A stretch of 64,000 nt of DNA from Lentisphaerota bacterium (GCA_021413965.1 JAIOPI010000019.1:4585-68584); one strand, 5' to 3'. Counted from the first letter of the stretch, positions 1 through 9,990 are shown. Numbers and translations: made by a program. Notes: generated from the letters alone by a model not told the origin.

Positions 1-282
1 GGCCACGGACTCGCCATAGGTCCCGTGCAGGCGCCGGCCCAGGCTGGCCGAGAACACGGACACCAGCACGAGGAAGAGATTGGTTCCCGTGAGGGTGGTG
101 CCGAGGAGGCGGTCGGAGTCCTTGAGGAACTCCTCGAGGATGTCGGCGCCGGGCTCGCCCTGGCGCGAGAAGTGGCGCAGGCGCATGCGGTGAATGGAGA
201 TGACGCCGGTTTCGATACCCGCGTAGAACGCGCAGCCGGCCATGCACAGCAGGATGAGCACGACTTGCAGGAGTTCAGTCAT
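1..282 (-). CDS. CNNM/DUF21 (HlyC/CorC-family) protein, 5' part; runs off the window start
   Basis: Not in the ORF track; read by hand. ATG at 282 overlaps the upstream gene end. MTELLQVVLILLCMAGCAFYAGIETGVISIHRMRLRH...LLGTTLTGTN is a DUF21 N-terminus paralogous to the neighbouring gene. Confidence 0.8.
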   Translation of the reverse strand, partial: MTELLQVVLILLCMAGCAFYAGIETGVISIHRMRLRHFSRQGEPGADILEEFLKDSDRLLGTTLTGTNLFLVLVSVFSASLGRRLHGTYGESVA

Positions 283-1534
283 GGCTCACCTCGGTTTCGT
301 CGACGGGGGGAGCCTCGATTTTCTCCAACAGGACCAGCGTGATGCGCCGGCGGCGCACGCGCTGGGCGGTGACGCGGCAGCCGTGGGCTTCGACCACGTC
401 GCCGGCCTTGGGAATGCGCTCGGCCTGGGCGAGGAACCAGCCCGCGATCCGGTCGGCGCCTTCGGCTTCGAGCGAGGTCTCGAGTTCGTAGTTCACGTCT
501 TCGAGACTGGCGCTGCCGTCGATCAGCCAGGCATTGGCGCGGACCTTCTGAATGGTGAGGCGCGGCTCGCCGTATTCCTCCAGGTCGGGGGCGATAACTT
601 CCAGGATGTCGCCGCGCGTGATCACGCCGGCGGTGCCGCCGAACTCATCCACGACAAACGCAACGCGGCGGTGTTCGCGCTGGAACTGCGCAAGCAGCGT
701 GTCGAGTGGGGCGGTCTCGGGCACGAAGACGGGCGGCAGCATGGCGTCGGCCAGCGTGGGCGATTCGGCGAGCAGGTAGCGCGGCACATCGAGAAAGCCC
801 TCGGGGTGATCCGGCGATCCGCGGTAAATGGGCAGGAACCGATAGATGACGCTGCGGGCAATCTCGCGGTGGCGCTCGGGCGGATCGTCCAGGTCCAGGC
901 CGACGAGGTCCACGCGCGGGGTCATCACGTCACTGGCCTGCGTTTCCTCGAGACGGATGATGCCTTCCACCATGGACTTCTCCTCGCGGTCGACGACGCC
1001 TTCTTCGGCGCCCACTTCGACCACGGTGCGGAATTCCTCCTCGGAGAGTGCTTTAACGCGGCCGGGGAGGTGTTTTTCGATGAAGCGGGTCACGTTTTCC
1101 ATGGCCACGCGGGCCGGTTTGAGCGCGACCAGCAGGATCCGTAAGGGCACTTGGTAGAACAGGGCCAGGCGCTCGGCCTGCAGCATGGCGAAGCGCTTGG
1201 GCGCCACCTCGCCGAACAGCAGCAGGAGGATGGTCATGACAGGAATGGACACGGCTTCGCCATAGTCCGGCAGCAACCGTTCGGCGATGGTAAACCCGAG
1301 GGCGGAGGCGCAGACGTTGACGATCGTATTGCCGATCAGGAGGGTGGAAAGCAGGTGCCGGGGCTTTGCCAGCAGGCGCTCCAGTTGGGTGCCGGCGTGC
1401 GGGTGAGCGCGCTGGAGGCGCCGGACCTGCAGGGAGTTGAGGGAGAAGAGGGCCGTCTCGGCGCTTGAGAAAAAAGCGGAGCACACGAGCAGCGCCAGCA
1501 GGATGGCGCCGGCGATTATGAGGGCCGTGGTCAT
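275..1534 (-). CDS. HlyC/CorC-family (CNNM + CBS + CorC_HlyC) membrane protein
   Basis: SAFFSSAETALFSL, LLIGNTIVN, FGEVAPK, DVMTPR and VVDEFGGTAGVIT motifs. Confidence 0.9.
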   Translation of the reverse strand: MTTALIIAGAILLALLVCSAFFSSAETALFSLNSLQVRRLQRAHPHAGTQLERLLAKPRHLLSTLLIGNTIVNVCASALGFTIAERLLPDYGEAVSIPVMTILLLLFGEVAPKRFAMLQAERLALFYQVPLRILLVALKPARVAMENVTRFIEKHLPGRVKALSEEEFRTVVEVGAEEGVVDREEKSMVEGIIRLEETQASDVMTPRVDLVGLDLDDPPERHREIARSVIYRFLPIYRGSPDHPEGFLDVPRYLLAESPTLADAMLPPVFVPETAPLDTLLAQFQREHRRVAFVVDEFGGTAGVITRGDILEVIAPDLEEYGEPRLTIQKVRANAWLIDGSASLEDVNYELETSLEAEGADRIAGWFLAQAERIPKAGDVVEAHGCRVTAQRVRRRRITLVLLEKIEAPPVDETEVSHD

Positions 1535-2292
1535 GGTTGGGGGGGGGTGTCAACCGCGTTCACGTGCAGGCGGGTGCGCTGAACCGGTGGATAAGCCTGC
1601 ACCTCGAGATCCTTGATCATCCAGCGGTCGCCCTGCTTCTTCAGGCTGCGGACCCAGAGGCGACGCACGCGGATGCCGGCCGGGCTATAGGCCTCGGCCT
1701 GCATCAGCAGGGACAATTCCTGATCCACCCAGATGCGCACGAAGGCGTAGCGCACGGCATCGGAGGCGACGGTTTCCGCGGGGGCTGGCACGTCGAGGAT
1801 GTAGCAGGGCCGGCCGCGCACGCTGTCCGTGCCGGTGACCCGCGCCCCGGGCCACCACAGGAAGGCGAGGGAGAGATCGGTCCAGCTCAGGTCGGTTTGC
1901 TGGATGCGTGTGGTCAGCGCGGGGACGTCGGCCGGTGCCAGGGGCGAGCCCTTGGCGTAGCGCGCGCTGAGCTGGCCGCGGGCGGAGCGGCTCAGGGTGA
2001 GCTCCTCCAGGTCGGCGCCGAAGGTGTCGCGGATGGTGTAGCGTGCCGTGGCGGGCGTGGCGCCCCAGTCGAGGCGCATGGCGAAGCGCAGGGTGTTGAC
2101 CACCACGCCGCGCGGTTTCCGCGTGATGAGATCGCCTTCGATTTCAAGCGTCTCGCGGGGCAGGCGCGCCACGACGGCGTCGAGGATGGCCTGTGCGTCG
2201 GGCGTCGCGGGCGCCTCGTCGGCGTGCATGCGGGGGGACCCGGCGAGGAGAATCAGAACGAGCGCGCAGATGCCTGGCCGTGTCAGCTTCAA
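1531..2292 (-). CDS. Exported LolA-like / outer-membrane lipoprotein-sorting family protein
   Basis: Likely TTG start at 2292 with AGGAG upstream; signal peptide; TDLSWTDL, VRGRPCYILD and RIWVDQE motifs. Confidence 0.65.
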   Translation of the reverse strand: MKLTRPGICALVLILLAGSPRMHADEAPATPDAQAILDAVVARLPRETLEIEGDLITRKPRGVVVNTLRFAMRLDWGATPATARYTIRDTFGADLEELTLSRSARGQLSARYAKGSPLAPADVPALTTRIQQTDLSWTDLSLAFLWWPGARVTGTDSVRGRPCYILDVPAPAETVASDAVRYAFVRIWVDQELSLLMQAEAYSPAGIRVRRLWVRSLKKQGDRWMIKDLEVQAYPPVQRTRLHVNAVDTPPQP

Positions 2293-2305
2293 GCCTCTGC
2301 GACTC

Positions 2306-2536
2306 CTACCTGGCGGCGACGGATTCGGTTGAGGGGATGCCGTCGCTCTTGCTGATGGCGCGGTCGATGATCTCACGGAACTGGGTCAGGCCCGTGGCGG
2401 GAATGATGATGGCGTCGCGACGGCCGCCCACATCCTCCGTGACTTTGAGAAAGCGGCCGCGCGGATTTTCGCGCAGGTCGAAGGAAAAGATCTTTCGTTC
2501 GATCTGCACCTGTTCGCTGAAGAGTTCCTGGTCCAC
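2306..2536 (-). CDS. PUR (Pur-alpha-like/DUF3276) single-stranded nucleic-acid-binding protein
   Basis: LFSEQVQIERKIFSFDLRENPRGRFLKVTE...IIIP matches the PUR repeat; GTG start at 2536. Confidence 0.8.
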   Translation of the reverse strand: MDQELFSEQVQIERKIFSFDLRENPRGRFLKVTEDVGGRRDAIIIPATGLTQFREIIDRAISKSDGIPSTESVAAR

Positions 2537-2595
2537 GACACGCCCCCGGTGGTGGTGCGCAGCCCCGGATTGCCCGTGCCGACCGCCACGTGAAG

Positions 2596-2623
2596 AATCT
2601 AGCACTCGTCAAAAGATTGTCAA
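2596..2623 (-). promoter_or_regulatory. sigma70-type promoter for the PUR operon
   Basis: TTGACA-16 nt-TAGATT on the minus strand. Confidence 0.6.
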
Positions 2624-2655
2624 TCTACGAAGGGGAATATTGGCGGGCGTCCCCG

Positions 2656-3450
2656 CTAGCGCGCGTCGAAACCGGGGCGCACGAAGGTGCGCGCCTTGGG
2701 GAATTCGCGCTCCGTCAGGCGGCGGAGGCGGGTCAGTTGCACGAGCAAATCCAGGATGGCATTCTCGGATGGCGGTAGGTGGGCGCACAGTCGGCCCCAG
2801 GCGGCAATGGAGTGATCCATGCCGAGCAGGGCCACCTTGGCGGAGCCGTCCGCGTCCGTCGGGTCGCCGGGATGCTCGGCCGGGGACGGCTCATGCAGCA
2901 GGGCGCGCATCAGTTTGGTGTGGATCTGGTGCTGGTGCCAGAGAATCACCTCCACGCCGTCCTCGATCGCGGCCGCATCGTGTTCGGGGCGGTGCCCCGT
3001 CAACGCCTCCGTGCGGATGGCGCGCCGCGCGCGCACCGTTTCCTGCACGAGCGGTTCATGGGCCCGAAACCAGGCGTCCACACGGTTCTCGTAGTCGCGG
3101 GAAAGTCGTGCCAGGGGATGGGTCTTGGTGGATTCGCGTCGCCGCGATGCTTCGCGTGTGTAGGCGTTCATCTCGGCCTCATCCAGATTGATGCCATGCT
3201 TGGCCGCCATCTCGCTCACCATCTTCAGCGTCTGGGACATCGTGTCGCCGAGTTCTTTCCAGAACAGGGAATCGCTCGCCGCGCCCGCGCCTGGGTGGCG
3301 GTGGCGTTCGCGCCGGGAATCGTAGATAGCGCAACGCGACGTCATGGCGCAGCGCTCGCACCAGCGGTCGCAGTAGTTGTAGATGCCAGGAATGGGTTTT
3401 GAATCGCCGGGACCGCGCGTGGGAGAATGCGAGTTTTTCATGTCGTCCAC
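2656..3450 (-). CDS. Hypothetical protein with an N-terminal Cys motif (YNYCDRWCERC...C)
   Basis: Coherent 264-aa ORF filling the gap; ends RTFVRPGFD. Confidence 0.7.
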   Translation of the reverse strand: MDDMKNSHSPTRGPGDSKPIPGIYNYCDRWCERCAMTSRCAIYDSRRERHRHPGAGAASDSLFWKELGDTMSQTLKMVSEMAAKHGINLDEAEMNAYTREASRRRESTKTHPLARLSRDYENRVDAWFRAHEPLVQETVRARRAIRTEALTGHRPEHDAAAIEDGVEVILWHQHQIHTKLMRALLHEPSPAEHPGDPTDADGSAKVALLGMDHSIAAWGRLCAHLPPSENAILDLLVQLTRLRRLTEREFPKARTFVRPGFDAR

Positions 3451-3574
3451 TCACCAAAGGAAAGGCCATCCGGCGCGGATACGCAAGGTCATTTTGAGCA
3501 GGGGCGACGCATCTGGGGCTGGCAACGGGCGCGGTTTTTGGGTTAACTGCCCGGGGTTAGCAACGGGAGGACCC

Positions 3575-5008
3575 ATGGCAGCACCCGCATTGATCACCGA
3601 CGACTTTCTGCTCCAGACGAAGGCCGCGCGCCGGCTGTACCACGACTACGCGCGCGACCTGCCCATCATTGATTACCACTGTCACCTGCCGCCCGCGGAG
3701 ATTGCCGCGGACCGGCGCTACGCGAACATGACCGAGATCTGGCTGGCGGGCGACCATTACAAGTGGCGCGCGATGCGCACGAACGGCATCGCTGAGCGCT
3801 ACTGCACCGGCGATGCTCCGGCGTGGGATAAGTTTCAGAAGTGGGCGGAGACCGTGCCGCGGCTGTTGCGCAATCCCTTGTATCACTGGACACATCTCGA
3901 ATTGGCGCGCTACTTCGGCATATCCGACCGCCTGCTGGGCCCGGACACGGCAAAGGGCATCTGGGACGCCGGCAACGCGTGCCTGCAACAGCCGGATTTT
4001 TCATGCCGCGGGTTGATGACGCGCAGCAAGGTCGTGCTGGTCTGCACCACCGATGACCCGACGGATGCGCTGGACCACCACCGGTCCATCGCGGCTGACA
4101 GGTCCTTCGGCGTCCAAGTGCTGCCCACCTGGCGGCCGGACAAGGCGATGGCGGTGGAAGACCCGAATGCGTTCAATGCCTGGGTGGACCGTCTGGCCGC
4201 GGCGGCCAAGGTGGAGATCAACGGCTGGAGCGCGTTCCTGGATGCCTTGCGCAAGCGCCAGGGCGTCTTTCATGACGCCGGCTGCCGGCTCTCGGATCAT
4301 GGCCTGGAGACGGTATACGCGGAGCCTTACACGGAGGCCGCCATCAAGCGCATTTTCACGCGCGTACGCGGCGGCGAAGCCCCGAGCCGTGAGGACGCGC
4401 TGAAGATCAAGTCCGCTCTGCTCTACGAATTCGGGATCATGGACCATGCGCAAGGCTGGACCCAGCAGTTCCATCTCGGGGCCTTGCGCAACAACAACAC
4501 GCGCCTCTTCAAGAAGCTGGGACCGGACACGGGCTTCGATTCGATCGGGGATTTCGAGATTGGGCGCCCGCTGGCGAAGCTGCTGAACCGGCTGGACGAA
4601 ACCGATCAGCTTCCGCGCACGATTCTCTATAACCTGAATCCACGCGACAATGCGTTGATGGCCACACTGATCGGCAATTTCCAGGACGGCAGCGTGCCGG
4701 GCAAGATTCAGTGGGGCAGCGGCTGGTGGTTCCTTGACCAGAAGGACGGCATGGAGCAGCAGCTTGAGGCGCTGTCGCAGATGGGCCTGCTCAGCCGGTT
4801 CGTGGGCATGTTGACGGACAGTCGGTCATTCCTTTCGTACACGCGGCACGAGTATTTCCGGCGGATCTTCTGCAACCTGCTGGGGCGGGACATGGAGGGC
4901 GGCTTGATCCCGAACGACTTTGAGCTGGTTGGCGGGTTGGTGCGGGATGTGGGCTACAATAATGCCGCGCGGTACTTTGGGTTCAGCAAGGTGAGTCCGC
5001 TGGCGTAG
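3575..5008 (+). CDS. uxaC: Glucuronate (uronate) isomerase
   Basis: PIIDYHCHL, GDHYKWRAMR, CTTDDP, GSGWWFLDQKDGM and GMLTDSRSFLSYTRHEYFRR motifs; GGAGG RBS before ATG 3575. Confidence 0.97.
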   Translation: MAAPALITDDFLLQTKAARRLYHDYARDLPIIDYHCHLPPAEIAADRRYANMTEIWLAGDHYKWRAMRTNGIAERYCTGDAPAWDKFQKWAETVPRLLRNPLYHWTHLELARYFGISDRLLGPDTAKGIWDAGNACLQQPDFSCRGLMTRSKVVLVCTTDDPTDALDHHRSIAADRSFGVQVLPTWRPDKAMAVEDPNAFNAWVDRLAAAAKVEINGWSAFLDALRKRQGVFHDAGCRLSDHGLETVYAEPYTEAAIKRIFTRVRGGEAPSREDALKIKSALLYEFGIMDHAQGWTQQFHLGALRNNNTRLFKKLGPDTGFDSIGDFEIGRPLAKLLNRLDETDQLPRTILYNLNPRDNALMATLIGNFQDGSVPGKIQWGSGWWFLDQKDGMEQQLEALSQMGLLSRFVGMLTDSRSFLSYTRHEYFRRIFCNLLGRDMEGGLIPNDFELVGGLVRDVGYNNAARYFGFSKVSPLA

Positions 5009-5075
5009 CGGGGGCGGAGGCCGGACATGTCCGCCCGAACCGGCGAGAGGCCGGCCCGGGACGGAAGCGGCGACT

Positions 5076-5735
5076 TCAGAACCAATAGTACTGCATCGAT
5101 ACGGAACCGAGGATGCCGTCGAGGTCTTCGGTGTTGTCATTGCTCTCGTCGGCTTCCTGGTAGCCGCCTTCAAAGATGAAGGTGAAGTCCGAGCGCATCT
5201 CGAATTCAATGCCGGCGGTCACCGCCAGCAGCACTTCCGAAAATGAATCTTCTTCCGGCTGCGGCAGGGCGGAGGAGAAGGTGCTGCGGTTGCGCCAAGT
5301 CAGCGCACCGCGCACGAACGGCGCAAAGGCATCTTCGGCCGGCGTCAGGCGCTGTTTGAGCGAGACCGTGGCCGCCTTGGCATCCTTGTCCTCGAGATCA
5401 CCCTGGTTATACCGCGTGTAGGTGCCGACGGCGGACGCGCTGGTGACGGGCAGCAGGTAGTACTTCAGGCCGATCCCGATCGTATAGGCCTCAATGTTAT
5501 CGGCACCGTCAGGAGAAATTTCGTCGTACCCACCGCCGAAAAGGATGGCCCAATCCTGGCGTTCAACCGCGGTCGCCGTCTCGCCCCACAGGCTGCCGCC
5601 GATGGAGTCCGCATCGTTCAAACTCGCAAGATTGAGAGAAACGGTGTCAATCATGCGGGCATCGCGATCGATCGCGTACGCGCCGACACACATGCCGAGT
5701 AGGATCGCCAAACCTGCCAAACCCGCCTTTTTCAT
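5076..5735 (-). CDS. Outer-membrane beta-barrel protein
   Basis: MKK signal peptide, alternating beta-strand pattern, C-terminal QYYWF; GGAG RBS. Confidence 0.75.
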   Translation of the reverse strand: MKKAGLAGLAILLGMCVGAYAIDRDARMIDTVSLNLASLNDADSIGGSLWGETATAVERQDWAILFGGGYDEISPDGADNIEAYTIGIGLKYYLLPVTSASAVGTYTRYNQGDLEDKDAKAATVSLKQRLTPAEDAFAPFVRGALTWRNRSTFSSALPQPEEDSFSEVLLAVTAGIEFEMRSDFTFIFEGGYQEADESNDNTEDLDGILGSVSMQYYWF

Positions 5736-5757
5736 GTACTTTCTCCTTCCACGTGAG

Positions 5758-5786
5758 ACGCTATGTAAGCCTCGCCGACCTGTCAA
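5758..5786 (-). promoter_or_regulatory. sigma70-type promoter for the OMP gene
   Basis: TTGACA-17 nt-TAGCGT. Confidence 0.55.
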
Positions 5787-5805
5787 AGCAAAAAGCCCCC
5801 CCCCC

Positions 5806-6879
5806 TCAGCCTCCATGGGGCGCGGGACTTTCCGTAATGAGCCGTTTGCGGATCTCGGCCAGCGCCGCCGGCGATAGGCCAATCGAAAGCAGGTAGTGTT
5901 CCACCTGGCGGGTCAGATCCTGCGGATCGCCCCCGAAAGGCTTCAGCACTTCCAACAGGCTGAGGAACTGCTCGGAGGTCCAGGAGCGTTCTCCCCACAC
6001 GGAGAGTGTGGTCAGCTCGTAGTCGCGGATCAGGTGCTCGCGGCTCTTGCCCAGCAGCGCATTCAGGAGGAAGGCCACGGTGCCGCCGCGGTCCGCGCCG
6101 CCGACGCAGTGAAACAGGATCGGGTAGTTGGCCGGGTCGGCGAAGGTCTCGAAGATGCGCCGGTAGCCTTCGGCGAAGGCGACATCGCAAATGCAGTCAT
6201 AGGGCGAGATGGGGGCGTGAATCCAGCGCACTTTGACGGGATCCAGGGCCGGCGCGGCGCCTTCGTGCTCGCCGCGAAGGTCCAGGTCCGTGCGGATGCG
6301 CAGCTCGTCTTCCAGCACCTGCCGGCCGCGAGGCGTGACGCGCAGGTTGCCGTTCATCTCCGAGCTGCGATACACGAGCCCCTGTCGCACGCGCCGGTTG
6401 TGGGGCAGCGGCCACCCGCCGAGGTCGCGCACGTTGGTGACGCCGGGTACGCGAATCCAGCGTGGCGGAAGACTGTTGGTGACAAACCGCCAGACCGGCG
6501 ATTCCGCCACCACCTCCTGGCCATGGCGGGCGCGCACCGTCCAGTAATAGGGGGTCCCAATGAACAGGTGCCAGACCTCGATGGTGGGCTTCGACAGATC
6601 GCGCAGGACGATGGGGTTCTGGTCGAGGGTGGGCGTGGTGGCGAGCGTCAGGTCGTAGGTGACCGAGCGCCACCTCCAGGGCAGGCGCGTCCACGCAAAG
6701 GTCACAGGCTTGGGCACGCTGCGGTCCATGGCGACGACCTGCAGGTTTTCCCAAGCGCGAGCGCCGCCGCCGACGGGGTCAAGGTCCCCGGCCCCGTCGC
6801 TGTCCGTCGGCAGGTGGTGCCGTTGGAGCGGTTCCGTGACGGCGCCGTTGGCCGGTTCAAGCAGTTCGATGGAGTCCAT
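5806..6879 (-). CDS. Tyrosine-protein phosphatase (Y_phosphatase3-like) with an N-terminal beta-sandwich domain
   Basis: NVRDLGGW, LVYRSSE, DLDLR, and CX5R active site HCVGGADR. Confidence 0.85.
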   Translation of the reverse strand: MDSIELLEPANGAVTEPLQRHHLPTDSDGAGDLDPVGGGARAWENLQVVAMDRSVPKPVTFAWTRLPWRWRSVTYDLTLATTPTLDQNPIVLRDLSKPTIEVWHLFIGTPYYWTVRARHGQEVVAESPVWRFVTNSLPPRWIRVPGVTNVRDLGGWPLPHNRRVRQGLVYRSSEMNGNLRVTPRGRQVLEDELRIRTDLDLRGEHEGAAPALDPVKVRWIHAPISPYDCICDVAFAEGYRRIFETFADPANYPILFHCVGGADRGGTVAFLLNALLGKSREHLIRDYELTTLSVWGERSWTSEQFLSLLEVLKPFGGDPQDLTRQVEHYLLSIGLSPAALAEIRKRLITESPAPHGG

Positions 6880-6997
6880 GGTATGAGCGTCGCAAAGCGG
6901 GAATGGTATCCTTTTGGAGACGCCTGCACAAGGCGGGGGGGGGTGGGAAGCTGTTTGCGCCACCGCGCCACCGGGTTCACAAGATGCGCGGAAGAGG

Positions 6998-7026
6998 TTG
7001 TCAGTGGGCGGCGTGTTCGCTAGAGT
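6998..7026 (+). promoter_or_regulatory. sigma70-type promoter for the purine catabolism operon
   Basis: TTGTCA-17 nt-TAGAGT, 41 nt upstream of ATG 7068. Confidence 0.5.
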
Positions 7027-7067
7027 GGCGGCGCTTGCCCAGCAGGGAACGGTGCGCGGACCCACTC

Positions 7068-7823
7068 ATGAGAGCACAACACGAATTGCTGTACAGTCGC
7101 ACGCGCGTGAAGCCTCGCTATGCGCTGCTACCGCTAGAAGGCGTTCCCTGTTCGCGCCTGCCGGCGTGGACGGACACCGAGGCCCGCGTCCTGGCGGCGC
7201 CCGTTCTCGGCGCCAGCTTCGTTGAGTACCTGCTCGACATGCGCGCCGGCGGCGGCACGCGCCACGAGGCCGACGGGCGGGTGGAAACGTTTGTTTACGT
7301 GCTGTCGGGCGCGGCCCGGCTGTCGATCGACGGCAAGCGCCAGCCCGCGCTCGCCGCCGGCGGCTATGCCTTGATTCCGCCGAACGCCGCCTTCGAGCTG
7401 GCGGCCAGCCGCGCGACGCAGGCGCTGCTGCTGCGGAAGGTGTACGAGCCGGCGCCGGGGATCGCCATGTTCAAGCCGCTCGTCGGCCAGGCGTCCAAGG
7501 TGAAGGGCGATGTTTATGGCGGCGATGCCGGCGCGCGCCTGCAACTGCTCATCCCGGACGATCTGGCCTACGATCTGGCGATGAACATCTTCACGTTCGA
7601 AACCGGGCACAGCCTCCCCTATGTGGAAACCCATGTGATGGAGCACGGCCTGTATGTTCTGCAGGGCAAAGGGCTGTACTATCTGGATGACACGTGGATG
7701 GAGGTCGAGGCCACCGACTTCATCTGGATGGGGCCCTACGTTCCGCAGAGCTACTACGCCACCGGTCCCGTGGCCAGTCGCTACATCTACTACAAGAACG
7801 TGAATCGCGAGATCGCGCTGTAG
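7068..7823 (+). CDS. allE: (S)-ureidoglycine aminohydrolase (bicupin)
   Basis: ETHVMEHGLYVLQGKG and YIYYKNVNR motifs; gene context. Confidence 0.9.
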   Translation: MRAQHELLYSRTRVKPRYALLPLEGVPCSRLPAWTDTEARVLAAPVLGASFVEYLLDMRAGGGTRHEADGRVETFVYVLSGAARLSIDGKRQPALAAGGYALIPPNAAFELAASRATQALLLRKVYEPAPGIAMFKPLVGQASKVKGDVYGGDAGARLQLLIPDDLAYDLAMNIFTFETGHSLPYVETHVMEHGLYVLQGKGLYYLDDTWMEVEATDFIWMGPYVPQSYYATGPVASRYIYYKNVNREIAL

Positions 7824-7829
7824 GTACGC

Positions 7830-9056
7830 GTGACCATCAACGCCGAACGCATCGCCCGCGACATTGAAGCCATTGGCGGCTTCAGCGAAACGCCGCCGGA
7901 CGTGGGATTCAGCCGTCCGACCTTCACGCCGGCGTGGCGCATGGCCCGGGATTACGTCATCGCGGAAGCCCGCCAGGCCGGCTGCCAGGTGCGCATCGCC
8001 CCCACGGGCAACGTGCATGCGCGCCCGGCCTCGATCGCCTGGGAGACGCCCGTATGGCTGAGCGGCTCGCACGTCGACTCGGTCCCGACGGGCGGGAAGT
8101 TTGATGGCGTGGCGGGCGTGGTGGCGCCGCTGGAAGTCCTGCGCGCGCATCCCGAAGCACCGCTCGAGCTGATCATCTTCGCCGAAGAGGAAGGCACAAC
8201 CTTCAACCTGGGCATGCTGGGCAGCCGGGCCTGGACCGGCACGTTGACGGTGGCGCATTTGGCCGGGTTAAGCAACCGCGACGGCGTGAGCCCGCTCGAT
8301 GCGGGGCGTCCGTACGGCGTCGATGCGGCCGCCATGGTTCACGAGCGCCTGGATCCCCGCGGCTATCGCGGGTTGATCGAACTGCACGTTGAGCAGGGGC
8401 CCGCGATGTGGAAGGCAGGGCAGCGCGTGGCGGTCGTGACCGCGATTCACGGGCGGCGGCAGTATCGCGTGCACCTGATGGGCACGCCGAATCATGCCGG
8501 GTCCACCAAGATGGACGATCGGGCCGACGCGCTTGCCGCCGCCGCCGCCATCATGACCGGGCTGGAGGCTCTCGCGCAGCGGCTGTCATCCCGGCAGGAC
8601 CACACGGTGATCACGGTCGGGCAACTCGTGGTCCTGCCCAACGCGATCAACGTCATTCCCGGCGAGGTGACGTTCACGATCGATTTTCGTGCCAGCACCA
8701 ACGCGATGCTCGAGCTGGGACATGACGGTATCGGCCAGCTGATCAAGGCGGAGTCCGCGCGGCGCGGCATCTGCGCGGAGTGGGCGGCGACGGAGTCGCT
8801 CGCGGCCGTGCCGCTGGATGCCGGGCTGTGTGAGCGCCTGCGCGCCGCGGCGCGCCAGGTGGGGGTCGACCCGCTGCCGGAAGCGGCGAGCGGTGCGCTG
8901 CATGATGCGGCCATCCTGGCGCCGCTGTTGCCGACCGCCATGATCTTCGTCGCGAGCCGGGATGGGATCAGTCACAATCCGGCCGAGTTCAGCCGTCCCG
9001 AGGATGTGGCGCTGGGCGCGGAGATCCTGGCGGCCTGCGTGAACGGTGCCGCGTGA
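7830..9056 (+). CDS. allC: Allantoate amidohydrolase (M20 hydantoinase/carbamoylase family)
   Basis: GSHVDSVPTGGKFDG, EEEG, ELHVEQG, NHAG, SGALHDA and GISHNPAE motifs; gene context. Confidence 0.8.
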   Translation: MTINAERIARDIEAIGGFSETPPDVGFSRPTFTPAWRMARDYVIAEARQAGCQVRIAPTGNVHARPASIAWETPVWLSGSHVDSVPTGGKFDGVAGVVAPLEVLRAHPEAPLELIIFAEEEGTTFNLGMLGSRAWTGTLTVAHLAGLSNRDGVSPLDAGRPYGVDAAAMVHERLDPRGYRGLIELHVEQGPAMWKAGQRVAVVTAIHGRRQYRVHLMGTPNHAGSTKMDDRADALAAAAAIMTGLEALAQRLSSRQDHTVITVGQLVVLPNAINVIPGEVTFTIDFRASTNAMLELGHDGIGQLIKAESARRGICAEWAATESLAAVPLDAGLCERLRAAARQVGVDPLPEAASGALHDAAILAPLLPTAMIFVASRDGISHNPAEFSRPEDVALGAEILAACVNGAA

Positions 9057-9123
9057 TGTGGCGCGCGTGGAGCCGGCGGGGTGGGTGCGGCGTGCACTCG
9101 AGACGTTGAAGCGTGGAACCAGC

Positions 9124-9633
9124 ATGCGCCTGCAGGATCTCAATACCCTGTCGCGGGACGCCTTTGCGGCGGCCTGTGGCGGGCTCTTCGAGCACTCACC
9201 CTGGATTGCCGCGCGCGCGTGGGACCGGCGGCCGTTTGACAGCGTCACCGCACTGCACGCGGCGCTCGTGGCCACGGTGGCGGCGGCGGCGCCCGCCGAG
9301 CAACTTGGCCTGATCGCCGCGCATCCGGATCTGGTTGGACGGCTGGCGCGCGAGGGGCGGGTGACGCGCGAAAGCGCGGTGGAGCAGCGTGCCGCCGGAC
9401 TGACGGGGCTCACGGAGGCTGAAATTGCGGCCTTCGAGCGGTACAATGCGCAGTACCGGGAGCGGTTTGGCTTTCCCTTTGTCGTGTGCGCGAGGGAGAA
9501 TCGGAAGGAGGCCATCCTGGCGGCTTTTCCGGTGCGCCTGACTCACACGCGCGATGCGGAAATGGCCACGGCGCTGGCGGAGATCGCCAAGATCGCGCGT
9601 CTGCGCTTGAACGACCTGGTGACGGAGGGCTGA
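9124..9633 (+). CDS. uraD: OHCU decarboxylase
   Basis: FEHSPW, AHPDL, SAVEQ, YRERFGFPFVVC and EIAKIARLRL motifs. Confidence 0.92.
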   Translation: MRLQDLNTLSRDAFAAACGGLFEHSPWIAARAWDRRPFDSVTALHAALVATVAAAAPAEQLGLIAAHPDLVGRLAREGRVTRESAVEQRAAGLTGLTEAEIAAFERYNAQYRERFGFPFVVCARENRKEAILAAFPVRLTHTRDAEMATALAEIAKIARLRLNDLVTEG

Positions 9634-9636
9634 GGG

Positions 9637-9990
9637 ATGAGCGGCAAACTGACGTCGCATGTGCTCGATACGGGGCGCGGCCGTCCCGCGGCAGGGATGG
9701 CGGTGCAACTCTGGCGGGTGGAACCGAAGGGCGACGTGCTTGTCCGCGAGGCCGTGACCAACGCCGATGGGCGCACGGACAGTCCGTTGGTGGAGGGCGC
9801 CGCGTTCGCCGCCGGCACGTACCGGCTTGTCTTTGCGGTCGGTGACTATTTTGCCTCGCAGCGCGATGCCGATGCGCGGCGTTTCCTGGATGCCGTCCCG
9901 CTTGTGTTTCGCGTGGACGATGCCAGCCGGAACTACCACGTGCCGCTGCTGGTGTCGCCGTGGTCCTATTCGACCTACCGGGGAAGCTGA
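9637..9990 (+). CDS. uraH: 5-hydroxyisourate hydrolase (transthyretin-like)
   Basis: HVLD..GRPA, TNADGR, YHVPLL and C-terminal YRGS. Confidence 0.95.
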   Translation: MSGKLTSHVLDTGRGRPAAGMAVQLWRVEPKGDVLVREAVTNADGRTDSPLVEGAAFAAGTYRLVFAVGDYFASQRDADARRFLDAVPLVFRVDDASRNYHVPLLVSPWSYSTYRGS

